Assembly (NCBI RefSeq): GCF_004010195.1
Contig: NC_057760.1
Span: 941,909 to 1,005,908, forward strand
Direction of reading: 5' to 3'
From: Chiloscyllium plagiosum
Lineage: Eukaryota
Length of the DNA: 64,000 nt
Shown: in pieces, positions 50,815 to 61,965 of the stretch
Layout of the letters: every line of letters starts with the position of its first letter
Numbering within the stretch: position 1 is the stretch's first letter
Position numbers and translations under genes: made by a program
The notes under the pieces: model-generated
Databases searched by the model: none
What the model was told of the DNA's origin: nothing
The model's input: the letters and a program-made list of their open reading frames with translations, nothing else

Positions 50815-52055
50815 GATTAGATCAGATTCCCTACAATGTGGAAACAGGCCCTTCGGCCCAACCAGTCCACACCGACCCTCCGAATAGTAACCCACCCACA
50901 GAGTGGGACCATTCGGCGCAGCCACTTTGGCACGAGCGATTTGGCACGCCCTGTTTGGTGCAGCCTATTTAGGCGCAGAACTATTTTGACGCAGATATAC
51001 GGTAGTCATCAACGAAAATCAACATAATAGTAGAATTATTAAATGGGTAGTTTCCTGTAGTTTGTAGTTATTTGTGCATTTCTGAATTTCTTTAATTTCA
51101 ACGGAATATCGTGCCCTGCTACGAGATGTACAAGTTCAAAGTCACAGTTGATAATGTCAGGGCAGCATTCAGGCTGTATTTCCAGAACCATTTCAAATAA
51201 TTTATCATATGTTGTTCATAACTTATTTGGGAGTAAAGCATACAACAGTGGGAACACACTTTTATGTATTTCCCCTAAAATAACAAACTTGTGAAAACAG
51301 AGGTGGGGAAATTTTGAATGTTTCATCAACATGTAACTTTCTTGATTGTTTCAGAAACTCAGCATTCCTTTTTCTTCCAAATATAAGAATTCTGCAGGTA
51401 GTGCTGCTGCTGTCAGCTGGTAAAAATTGCTCTTCATTATATTCATTAACAAAATATGTTTTAAAGCTATCTGGAATTACAAGTTCTTCTAAATTTTTTA
51501 GATTTACTGGGTAAGCACCAATTTCTTTCCTTGTCCTACAAACCATTTTCTTCAGCGCTCTGTTGTTAGGCATCGTTCCTTGGCACGCTTCCGACAAATT
51601 TTCTAGGCACTCGTTAATCACTTGTAAAGTTCCCTCTACAGTTGTTCTTCTTTGATGACTAGTTATTTTAATAATAACTACAAACTACTGGAAACTACCC
51701 ATTTAATAATTCTACTATTATGTTGATTTTCGTTGATGACTACCGTATATCTGCGCCTAAATAGGTCTGCGCTAAATCGCTCGTGCCAAAATGGCTGCAC
51801 CAAATGGCCCTAAATCCACCCACCCAGACTCATTTCCCTCTAACTAATGCCCCTAACGCTATGGGCAATTTAGCACGGCCAATTCACCTGACCTGCACAT
51901 CTTTGCTGTGGGAGGAAACCAGAGCACCCGGAGGAAACCCACGCAGACCCAGGGGAGAACGTGCAAACTCCACACAGACAGACAGTCGCCCGAGGCTGGA
52001 ATCGAGCCTGGGATCCTGGTGCTGTGAGGCAATAGTGCTAACCACTGAGCCGCCC
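50815..52055 (-). mobile_element. HE1-like SINE split by the MULE insertion
   Basis: Tail half at 50815-50898 and head half at 51818-52055 rejoin to give a normal SINE. Confidence 0.88.
50899..51817 (-). mobile_element. Mutator-like (MULE) DNA transposon, internally deleted
   Basis: Long TIRs (about 50899-51072 and 51673-51817); 9-bp TSD acccaccca at 50890-50898 and 51818-51826; transposase remnants RILIFG..LHVDETFKISPPLFSQV, VFPLLYALLPNK and IINCDFE. Confidence 0.88.
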
Positions 52056-54039
52056 AACAGGCCAATGCGATGGCGATGTTGACTGTTTCCGCCCTGCTTC
52101 TGTGCTGTATGCCTTTATGATTCAACACAGGACACAGATAGGAAAGATTTAGAAGGCAAACGCAGGAAAAGGGGACGAGTTCAGTTTAGGAAACCTTGCC
52201 GGCACGGACAAGTTAGGCCAAAGGGCCTGTTTCCATGCTGCATGAGTCTAAGACAGAATAAACATCAAATACGTCTCCTTCGCCTTTTATCATATGCAAA
52301 GTGGTGGGAGTACAGTTTTGCTCTCCTGATCTAAAGGAGGATAAGCTTGCCAAAAAAGGGGCACATTTTGGAGTGGGGAGGGAGAAATAACTTCTTCAGA
52401 AGGTTGTGAAAGGTCGAGCATCTGTAGTCTTTTTCAAAGGAGGATTCCAGCTCCTTGGATATTGAGGGATTTCTAGATAGAGAAGAAATTGATACTGGTG
52501 GTGGTGTTGGCAGTAGCGGGCCATTGGAGAGAGAAAACAGACTGTGTGTCAAACTGGCAGCAACTTTGGAAGTGCAAGACCACAACTGATAGAGTGTCTT
52601 GTTCCTGATCTTATGTCGGTACAGGATAAGATGTCCAAAGGCAATCTCTCAGGGAACTGAGTTTGATTTATTGTTGTGACATATACGGAGATACTTTGTG
52701 TGCTATGCAGGCAGGTTGTATCACAGAAAGTGCATCAGGGTTGCAGAACAGAGTGCAGAATGGTGTTACAGCTACAGAGAAAAAAAAGACCAACATTAAC
52801 ATTCAAAAGTCTGATAAGAGCGGGGAAGAAGCTGTTCTTGAACCTGCTCATGTCGGAATCCTCTAATGGTGTAAAAAGAGGCATCAACTTTCCTGGAAAC
52901 ATCTACCTCCCACCTCAAAGAATTAATGGTCATGCTCACAACTAAACCCCCTGCGCCTGAGGCTATTTCATTGAAAGATTAAGGTGGCAAACCTCAAATT
53001 GACAATTGCTTTCCTCAGCATCTCGCCCTCCCTCAAAACCTAAAAAAAGGTGAAAGGTTGACCGCCCACGAAGTGAGCTAGGCCGTAGCCTGATCTGGGG
53101 GAAACACAAGACTGACCTGGTATCATAGAAACAGGAATAGGCCATTCAACCCCCTCGGGCCTGTTTCACCATTCAATGAGATCGTGGCTGATCTGTGACC
53201 TAACTCTGCATGCCTGACTTTGGCCCGTATCCCTCAGTACCTTTGTTTATCCACCTCAGATTTAAAACCAACAACTCACCCAGCATCCACTGCCATTTGT
53301 GGAAGAGAGTTCTAAACCTCTCCCTAAGATCTCCCTAAGATCTCTCCTGAACGGTCTGGCATTAATATCTCAGACTACGTTCCCTAGCTCTAGAATCCCC
53401 AGGGGAAATAGTTTATCTTTATCTACCTGTCTTTTCCCATTAATAGCTTGAAGGCTTTGACCAGATTACTCCTTAGCCTTCTAATTTCTAGTGAAAACAG
53501 GCCTAATTTGTATAATTTATTCTCAGAACGTAACCCTTAAGTGACAATATTATAAACCTATGTCACACTCCCTCCAAGGTCAATCCATGCTTCCAAAGGT
53601 GTGTTACCCAGATCTACCCACAGCACTCTAAATGGTGTCTAACCAGGGTTTGGTATAACTGCTGCTGTCCGAAGTGGAAGAGACACCTCAGGCTGACAAA
53701 ATAATCAGGAGATGACCGGAGATAGAACTAAAAGCAACCTAGCACCTTTAGTTGCAATGCAACGAGGCAAGCAGCTTTACAGGGATGTGGTTAAACAAAG
53801 GCGGGCTACATAATGTTGACATTAAAGGAGATTATTAAAGGTTTGATAAAGCAGTTTTTTTTTAAAAAGGAGGAAAGTGAGGCAGAGGGGTTTAAGGGAA
53901 TGTCAGTGTTTGCAGGCCAGTTGGCTGAAGGCATCGCCGCTCGTGATGGAGTGATTTAATTTGGGGCCAGAATTAGAGGTGCACCGAGATTTCGGAGGGT
54001 TGTGCAGCTGCAGAACATCACAGAGGTAGGGAGGGAGAA

Positions 54040-54800
54040 ATTTGAAAATCAGGGCAGGACTTATACACTTAACATTAAGGTCCAAGGGAGGGTTGCCAAA
54101 CTAACAGACCTGGGGGTGCAGGTTCATAGTTCCTCGAAGGTGGAGTCGCAGATAGACAGGGTAGTGAAGGCAGCATTGGGTACACTTGCCTTTATTGGTC
54201 TATGCATTCAGTACAGAAGCTGGGATGTCATGCTGCGGCTGGACAGGACATTGTATTCCAATGGTGACCTCACCAGAGTTCAAATTCTGGTCTCCCAGCG
54301 ATAGGAAGATGTTGTTAAACTTAAAAGGGTGCAGAAACAATTGACAAGGATGCTGCCAGGGTTGGTAGATTTGAGCTATAGGGAGAGGCTGAGTAAGTTG
54401 TGGCTATTTTCCCTGGAGCAGAGTCTGAGGGGTGACCTTGTAGAGATTTAAGATCATAAAAGGGCACGGATAGGGTAAAATAGCCAAGGTGTTCTTCCCC
54501 CAGGGTAGGGGGAATCCAAAACTGGAGACATAGATATAACGTGAGAGGGGAAAGATTTAAAAGGAACCCAAGGGACAACCTTTTCATGCAATGGGTAATG
54601 CGTGTATGGAATGAGCTTGCGAGAGGAAGTGGTGGTGGCTAATACAATGACAACATTTAAAAGGCATCTGGATGGGTATATGAATAGGAAGGGTTGGGAG
54701 GGATACGGACCAAATGGGACTAGATTAAATTTAGAATATCTGGTCTGTATGGAAGAGTTGAACCAAAGATCTGTTTCCGTGCTGTACAGCTCTCTGACTC
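54040..54800 (+). mobile_element. CR1 3' fragment
   Basis: DLGVQVHSSSKV...FKRHLDGYMNRKG. Confidence 0.85.
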
Positions 54801-56129
54801 TCAGCGCTCCTTCATCGGGTGGCTCCAAATAAACCTGTTGGACTGTAATCTGGTGTTGTTTGTGATTTGTAACTCTAAGTAAGCACTTTGAAACCAAAAT
54901 GTTGCTTGATTGGTGCCAATGGGACCTCAGGGGATGGGGTTCAGACAGAAACTCTCCCTGAAGTGTGGCAGCAATGATATTAATGACTGGCATCTCATTA
55001 ATAAAGCTGCATTGTCCAAATACCTGAAATGATAAGAACAGGAAGCAAATCCTACAATCTGGATCCCACTAGCTTTTGGAGCATCCTGTGCCCAAAAGGT
55101 CTGCAGGTTGAGAACTGGCCTGTGTAGACCTAGGAAGACACATGATAGAAACCCTAATCCTCAACATTACTCATGGAGAGTATGCAACACTGGAGGTGGC
55201 TAAAGGACATATATATCTGCCAATGGAGGGAGTGTGACAACTGCCCATCAGACTGATTCCTGCAATGGTAGGATTGTCCTCTGGAAGAGACTGGTTTAAA
55301 AGAATGACAGGTCATCTCATTGAAGCATACAAATCCTTATAGGCTTAGAGTCAGATGTACAGCACAGAAACAGACCCTTTGGTCCAACCCGCCCAGATAT
55401 CCCAACCCATTCTGGTCCCACCTGCCAGCATCCGGCCCATATCCCTCCAAACCCTTCCTATTCATATACCCAGCCAAATGCCTCTTAAGTGTTGCAATTG
55501 TACCAGCCTCCACCACATCCTCTGGCAGCTCATTCCATACCCGTACCACCCTTTGCTTGAAAAGGTTGCCCCTTACATTTCTACTTGACAAGGCAAGCAG
55601 TTTCCCTTGGCTGAGAGGGGTCTCGAACCAGTCTCACCAAAGCCCTGTAAATGTGAAGCATAATCTCCCCTACCACCCCCCAATCTTGCATTCAATTCCC
55701 CTCGCAACAACCCCCAACATTCTATTAGCATTCCTGATTACTTGCTGTCCCTGCGTTCTAACAGTTGGGGAGGGGACATAAATAGAGACTGCTCTTATGC
55801 AACTGAAGTGACCTGTTGCCAAAGAACAGCAAAGCTAATGGGAATACGCAATCTCAAATCACCCAGATAAGGTTTGAATGAAGGGAACAAACAAAACAAA
55901 AGAGAAACATTAATTTTAGGGAAGGCGTAAATACTTGAAGACACTGGACACATGTTAAGTTTACATTTTTTTTTAGAAATCCCATGTAATTTGGGTGTCA
56001 TTGGTGAGGCCAGTGTTTATTGCTCACCGGGGGCAGCGAAGGGTCACCTACATTACTTTGGGCCTGGAGCCTTATGTAGGCCAAGCCGAAGAATGACAGC
56101 AGATTTCCTTTTTCAGGGAAAGGAACGTT

Positions 56130-56838
56130 AGAGTCATAGAGATGTACAGCATGGAAACAGAGCCTTCAGTCCAACCCAATCTAGTCCCACCTGCCAGCAC
56201 CTGGCCCATATCCCTCCAAACCCTTCCTATTCATATACCCATCCAAATGCCTCTGAAATGTTGCAATTGTACCAGCCTCCACCACATCCTCTGGCAGCTC
56301 ATTCTAGACACGTATCACCCTCTGTGTGAAAACGTTGCCTCTTAGGTCTCTTTTATATCTTTCCCCTCTCACCCTAAACCTATGCCCATCTAGTTCTGGA
56401 CTCCCCAACCCCAGGGAAAAGACTTTGCCTATTTACCCTATCCCATACCCCTCATAATTTTGTAAACCTCTATAAGGTCACCCCTCAGCCTCCGACGCTC
56501 CAGGGAAAACAGCCCCGGCCTGTTCAGCCTCTCCCTGTAGCTCAGATCCTCCAACTCTGGCAACATCCNNNNNNNNNNNNNNNNNNNNNNNNNNNNNNNN
56601 NNNNNNNNNNNNNNNNNNNNNNNNNNNNNNNNNNNNNNNNNNNNNNNNNNNNNNNNNNNNNNNNNNNNNNNNNNNNNNNNNNNNNNNNNNNNCCATCTGG
56701 TCCAGATCCTGTTGTAATCTGAGGTAACCTTCTTCGCTGTCCACTACACCCTCCAATTTTGGTGTCATCTGCAAACTTACTAACTGTACCTCTTATGCTC
56801 ACATCCAAATCATTGATATAAATGACAAAAAGTAGTGG
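56130..56838 (-). mobile_element. CR1 3' fragment (spans an N gap)
   Basis: [24 protein letters not shown] plus CR1 tail. Confidence 0.9.
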
Positions 56839-57086
56839 TAGTGAACCAGTCATGGAGATCTGGAGCATAGAAGGTAGTCCCTTGGCTCACTGCATCTGCA
56901 CCAGTCAAAAACCACCACCAAACAATTCTATTCCGAAGAAACAGATGAATTTCTGAACACTGCATCAACAATGGTCATCATGGTCGCCATGAGAAACTTT
57001 TCTATTCCAGATTCATTCACCAAATTTAATTCAAACCGTTAAATAAAGAGAAAAAAATCTACCAGCGCCCTGGTCTTTTATTTTAC

Positions 57087-58448
57087 CTGCATGGTTCGCT
57101 CAGTGAAGACTGCAGCATTCCGACTCCTCTCCACGACGGGCTCCACCTCGGTTCGATTCTGGCTCCACTTTCTGGGGAGACTGGACGCATTGAAAGTCGG
57201 AAAGTGAGCCGGCTCCTTGGCGGGTTTGCTAGGGAATCTGTTGTCTGCGCTGGAGACCGGAGGAGCCAACTGGGTTTGAGGAGGGGATTCCTTCGTGACC
57301 ACTGGAGGCCTGGCTTCCAGGATCTTCTCGTAGCTGACGTCCTTGCAGACATCCATTACGTCACCAGAACGGAATGGTTTCTGGCCACCGGGTGTCTCAA
57401 ATCTCTCATCCCAGTCAGGCTCTTTCTTGAGTTCCAGTCCACTGCTGGAGCGGCGTGTTGACACTCTGTTGTCAAGGCTTTGCGACCGCTTCTGGTCACC
57501 GGCCGTAATCCGATTACGTCTCGCCGTTCGGCCCCTCTGCTGCCCGCCGCTTCGGTCAAACTTGCTGATTAAGGAGTCAACAGACGAGAGTGGCTTGGTG
57601 TCTATCGCGCTGGTGTCATTGGACTGCAGCGAAACGTCTGTGGCAGAAGACGCTTTGCTGGGTGGCTTTGACCAACTGGTGGAACTTGACACGGATAGGT
57701 TAGCTCGAGGTTCGTCTGGGTACAGGTTGTTGGAATAGCCCGGCATTTTCCCTCTGCCACTGCTGCCAGACTGCTCGCTGCTGGTTGACGCAACAGAGCT
57801 CCGGGGGTTCTGGTCCCCTCTTTTCCCGGATGGAAGATCAAGGGGAAATGGCTCTTCTTCCAGGTTGAGCAACGATCCCTGGGAGTGAGACTTCCTCAGC
57901 TGCTCTTCAGGGTGTGCGGGCCTCCGGCGGGGAAGCGACATGTGGCCCTCGACGCTCTCGTACGAGCCAGCATTTCTGCTGCTCCGAAGGTAGGCCTCCG
58001 AATCATAGAGCCGCACGTAGTGTCTGGAACCTGCTTCGTCGTCGGAGGTACTGCACTGGGAATCATTGCCGGTGGGACGGCGACTGGAAGTGGTGTCCCC
58101 ATAAGGGTTCTCCGGAACATCAAGCTCCTTTGCACCTCCCCTAATCTCTGGATAGGTGCCGGGCACGACAGAACCATTCTCTTCTGGGATGCTGTCTCTA
58201 ACAGAATCTGTCCTGTACTGTGCCCCAGGTGCTGGTGATACCCCATCACTATTATTCAACACCACGTACGGCTGTCCCGAGATCCCCTGGACCCGGACCA
58301 TGACCCCATAGGATCCTGACTTGGCCACATTCTTCTTGGCTTTCTTGGATTTATGGGTCTCTTGGAGGTCATTTATGAAGCGTATTTGGACCCCGTAGTC
58401 GACGGGGCCCTGCCTATCCACTGTGCTTTGCTCAATGTGCTCTTCCAT
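57087..58448 (-). CDS. CGN: Cingulin coding exon 1 (globular head, 454 codons; exon including 5'UTR part is 57087-58482)
   Basis: ORF has VDYGVQIRFI, the ZO-1 interaction motif SYGVMVRVQGISGQPYVVLN, IDTKPLSSVDSLISKFD and KRSQSLD, all cingulin-family motifs. Acceptor ttttctctgtcatttcag ends at 58483; donor CAG|gtaaaa starts at 57086. Confidence 0.95.
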
Positions 58449-58777
58449 GATGTGGTCTCGACACTCAGGCCCACAGTTATTCCTGAAATGACAGAGAAAA
58501 GCATAGCTAGTAACAGTCTGCCAAACTCAAAAAAAAAAAGTACAAGCATATCCGGCCAAAGCACAGAATCTCAATTATTTTTACCGCACGTAAAAACAGT
58601 TGCCCACTGGACTAGTTCAATATTTTTAGGTCACAGAGGTCTACAGCAAAGAAAACCACCCTTTTGGCCCACTGAGTGTGACAGTTCTAAAACAACCATT
58701 TACCTATTCTAGTCCTATTTTCCATCACCTGATATACTTTAGCACTGCAAGCACACATCTAACTTATTCCTCAAAGA

Positions 58778-59465
58778 GAATACAGAACTGGTTCAAAGGT
58801 AGAAGACAGAGGGTGGTGGTGGAAGGTTGTTTTTCAGATTGGAGGCCTGTGACTAGGGGAGTGCCACAAGGATCGGTGCTGGGCCCTCTACTTTTCGCCA
58901 TTTATATAAATGATTTGGATGCGAGCATAAGAGGTACAGTTAGTAAGTTTGCAGATGACACCAAAATTGGAGGTGTAATGGACAATGAAGAAGGTTACCT
59001 CAGATTACAACAGGATCTTGCAAATAAGGTTTACAAGGATGGTACCAAGACTGAAAAGTTTGAATTATAAGGACAGGCTGGGACCTATATCCCTGAGTGT
59101 AGGAGACTGAGAATTGACCTTCTAAAGGTATTTTAAAAACCTTGAGGATCATAGATAAGGTCTTTTTCTTAGGGTAGGACAGTCTAAGACAAAAGGGCAT
59201 AGATTTAAGGTGAGAAGGGAAAGATTTAAAAGGGACCTAAGGGACAATGTTTTCACACAGAGGGTGGTGCGTGTATGAAGGAGCTGCCAGAGGAAGTGGT
59301 AGAGGCAGCTACAATTACAACATTTAAAAGACATTTGGACAGGTGCATGGATTAGAAAGGTTCAGAAGGATATAGGCCAAATGCAGGCAAATGGGACGAG
59401 TTCAGTTGAGGAAACCTAGTCAACATGGACAAGTTGGGCCAAAGGGCCTGTTTCCATGCTGTATG
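58778..59465 (+). mobile_element. CR1 3' fragment with an internal deletion
   Basis: [20 protein letters not shown]...KFADDTKIGG. Confidence 0.9.
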
Positions 59466-61677
59466 CCTTGTACTTCTCTGGCATCCATCACCACCTCCAG
59501 GCATTCCAAAGCACCTCACAGGCAATGAAACATTTTTGTTTTGGACTGTAGTTTCTCATACAATAGAAAATTCAGCAGCCAATTTACACACTGGAAGCTC
59601 CCACCAACAGCAATGAGACCAGGACTCAAATTGCTGGTTTCTTTTTCAGTGGGGTTTGTGAAGGAATAATAACTGGCCCCAGGACACCAGGGACAATACC
59701 CTCCCCTTTCGTCCATACCCTACCCCACCCCTTCTCACAAATGGTGGAATGGGCGAGGTATTTTCTGTCTACCTAAGGGGGTAGGCATCGATGTCTGAAA
59801 GAACACAATTGGCAGTGCAGCACTCTGACAGAACCAGGGGCATCAGCCTAGCACTGTGCTCAAGTGTCTAAAGTGGAATGTGAACCCAAGATCTACTGAC
59901 TAAGGAGGCGAAAAAGCGCAAATCCACAAAGCCACACATTCATAGAAACACTTAAAGCAATAAAGTATTCTTTCACAAATGGAATGCCACACTTGTGGTT
60001 CCAAAATGAAAAAGAAACGACCAGGTTATAGCTGAAGTACAGTAAGGTGGTTCCATGTAGGAGTGAAAACAATAAAAGTGAAGTAATGAGGGGACAGGAG
60101 TCAGGGTTGAGGGGTATGTAGACTTGGGACCAATAAGCCCTCACACTATATCAAACCTTATAAAACTTTCACTATACTTCTGGAGAAAGTCTGATTAAGA
60201 CTCATCGATGGAAAGATGCATAGTCTAGTGAGACCACCTTCTCTGGTTGCTAGGATTCAGAGTAAACACCAACCTATGGGAGCAGCAGAGTACAGATGGT
60301 ACTGGATCCTCACAGTGTCTCACCAACCAGACGCATTGCAATTTTATGGAAAGTCTTGCGGTTCAGGAGGTAGCATGCCTGCCTCTGGACTAAAGGTTCC
60401 AAAGTTCAGGCCCCACTCCAGGACTTGACAGCAGAGAGAGACGCATCCATAATCTAGGGGGATCAACTTGCAAATTCTTCCAATTCATACCGATGGGAGT
60501 TCGTAAGAGCAGGAGAGATTCCTGGCTGGCCATGGAATATTTGAGCATCACCATCACTATCCATAGCTCCAGGCTACACACATTAGAAGAAAGTCATGTT
60601 CCATAAGAAAGAAGAGGAGGTGGTGGTCATTCAGCCCATCAGGCCTGCTTTACCATTTAATGAGATTGTGGCTAGTCTTCTATCTCAACATCACTTCCCT
60701 GCACCAATCTCGAAATCTATCAATTGCAGTATTAAATTCATAGCAACTGAGCCTCCACATTAACCAGGGTCAAGAATTCCAAAGATTCACCACTGTGCGA
60801 GTGGCGAAATTCCTCATCTCAGTCCTAAAAGATCTACTCTGTGTTCGGAGACAAAGTTCTCTGGTTCGAGATTCTTGCCCCACCCTCAGCTAGGGAAAAT
60901 ATCCTTCCCGCATCTTTTTAATTCATTCATGGACCTTGGGAGTTATTGGCTAGTGGCGGCAGTGAGCTGCTTTCCTGAAACACTACAGTCCACGCGCTGC
61001 AGCCAGATCCCCAATACTATCAGAGTGGAAGTTTCAGGGTTTTGACCTAGTGACACTGTACAATCAGGTGATATCTTTCCAAGTCAGCATGGTAAGTGGC
61101 TCAAAAGGAGAATTTGCAGTTGGTGTATCCGTGTACTTGCTGCCCCTGCCCTTCGAGATGAAAGTGGTCGTTAGTTTGGAAGGTGCTGTTTCAGGAGTCT
61201 TGGTGAATTCCTGCAGTGCATCTTGTAAATGGTATTGAATGCTGGTGTTGGAGAGTGAATATTTGATGAAGGAGGAACAGAGTAGAAACTGAAGAGTGAG
61301 AAAGATGAATGAAAACTCACCAATAAATAAAAAGGGGCACAGTTTTACCCAAGGGACAACATGCACACACACACCAATCACTACTTCAAGCAAGAAGGCG
61401 GAAGTGGGTACTGCAGATGCTGGAGATTAGAGTCAAGATTAGAGTGGTGCTGGAAAAGCACAGCAGGTCAGGCAGCATCTGAGGAGCAGGAAAAAATAAA
61501 TGTCTCGGGCAAAAGCCCTTCTTCAAGCAAGAGTGTCCATTTCATTTTTTTCCTCTAACTCACAATTATTTGCAGCAACTCAGTGGAGAAGAACAAAGAT
61601 CAGAAATGGCAATCAAGCCCAAAACTCTCTAGTTTGTTACAGCTCACTCTCCTATCAATAAAAACATCAGGGACCTG

Positions 61678-61965
61678 TCATAGAGTCATGGAGATGTACA
61701 GCACGGAAACTCCCCTTCGGTCCAACCCGTCCAGGCTGACCAGATATCCCAACCCGATCTAGTCCCACCTGCCAGCACCTGGCCCACATCCCTCCAAAGC
61801 CTTCCTATTCATATACCCACCCAGGTGCCTTTTAAATATCCACCACTTCCTCTGGCAGCTCGATCCATACACGTACCACCCTCTGCGTGAAAAAGTTGCC
61901 CCTTAGGTCTCTTATATCTTTCCCCTCTCACCCTAAACCTATGCCCTCTAGTTCTGGACTCCCCT
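61678..61965 (-). mobile_element. CR1 3'-end fragment
   Basis: Matches the other CR1 tails. Similar fragments at about 34140-34355, 39945-40160, 42430-42772, 44040-44438, 44960-45232, 49195-49575 and 55347-55580. Confidence 0.8.
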
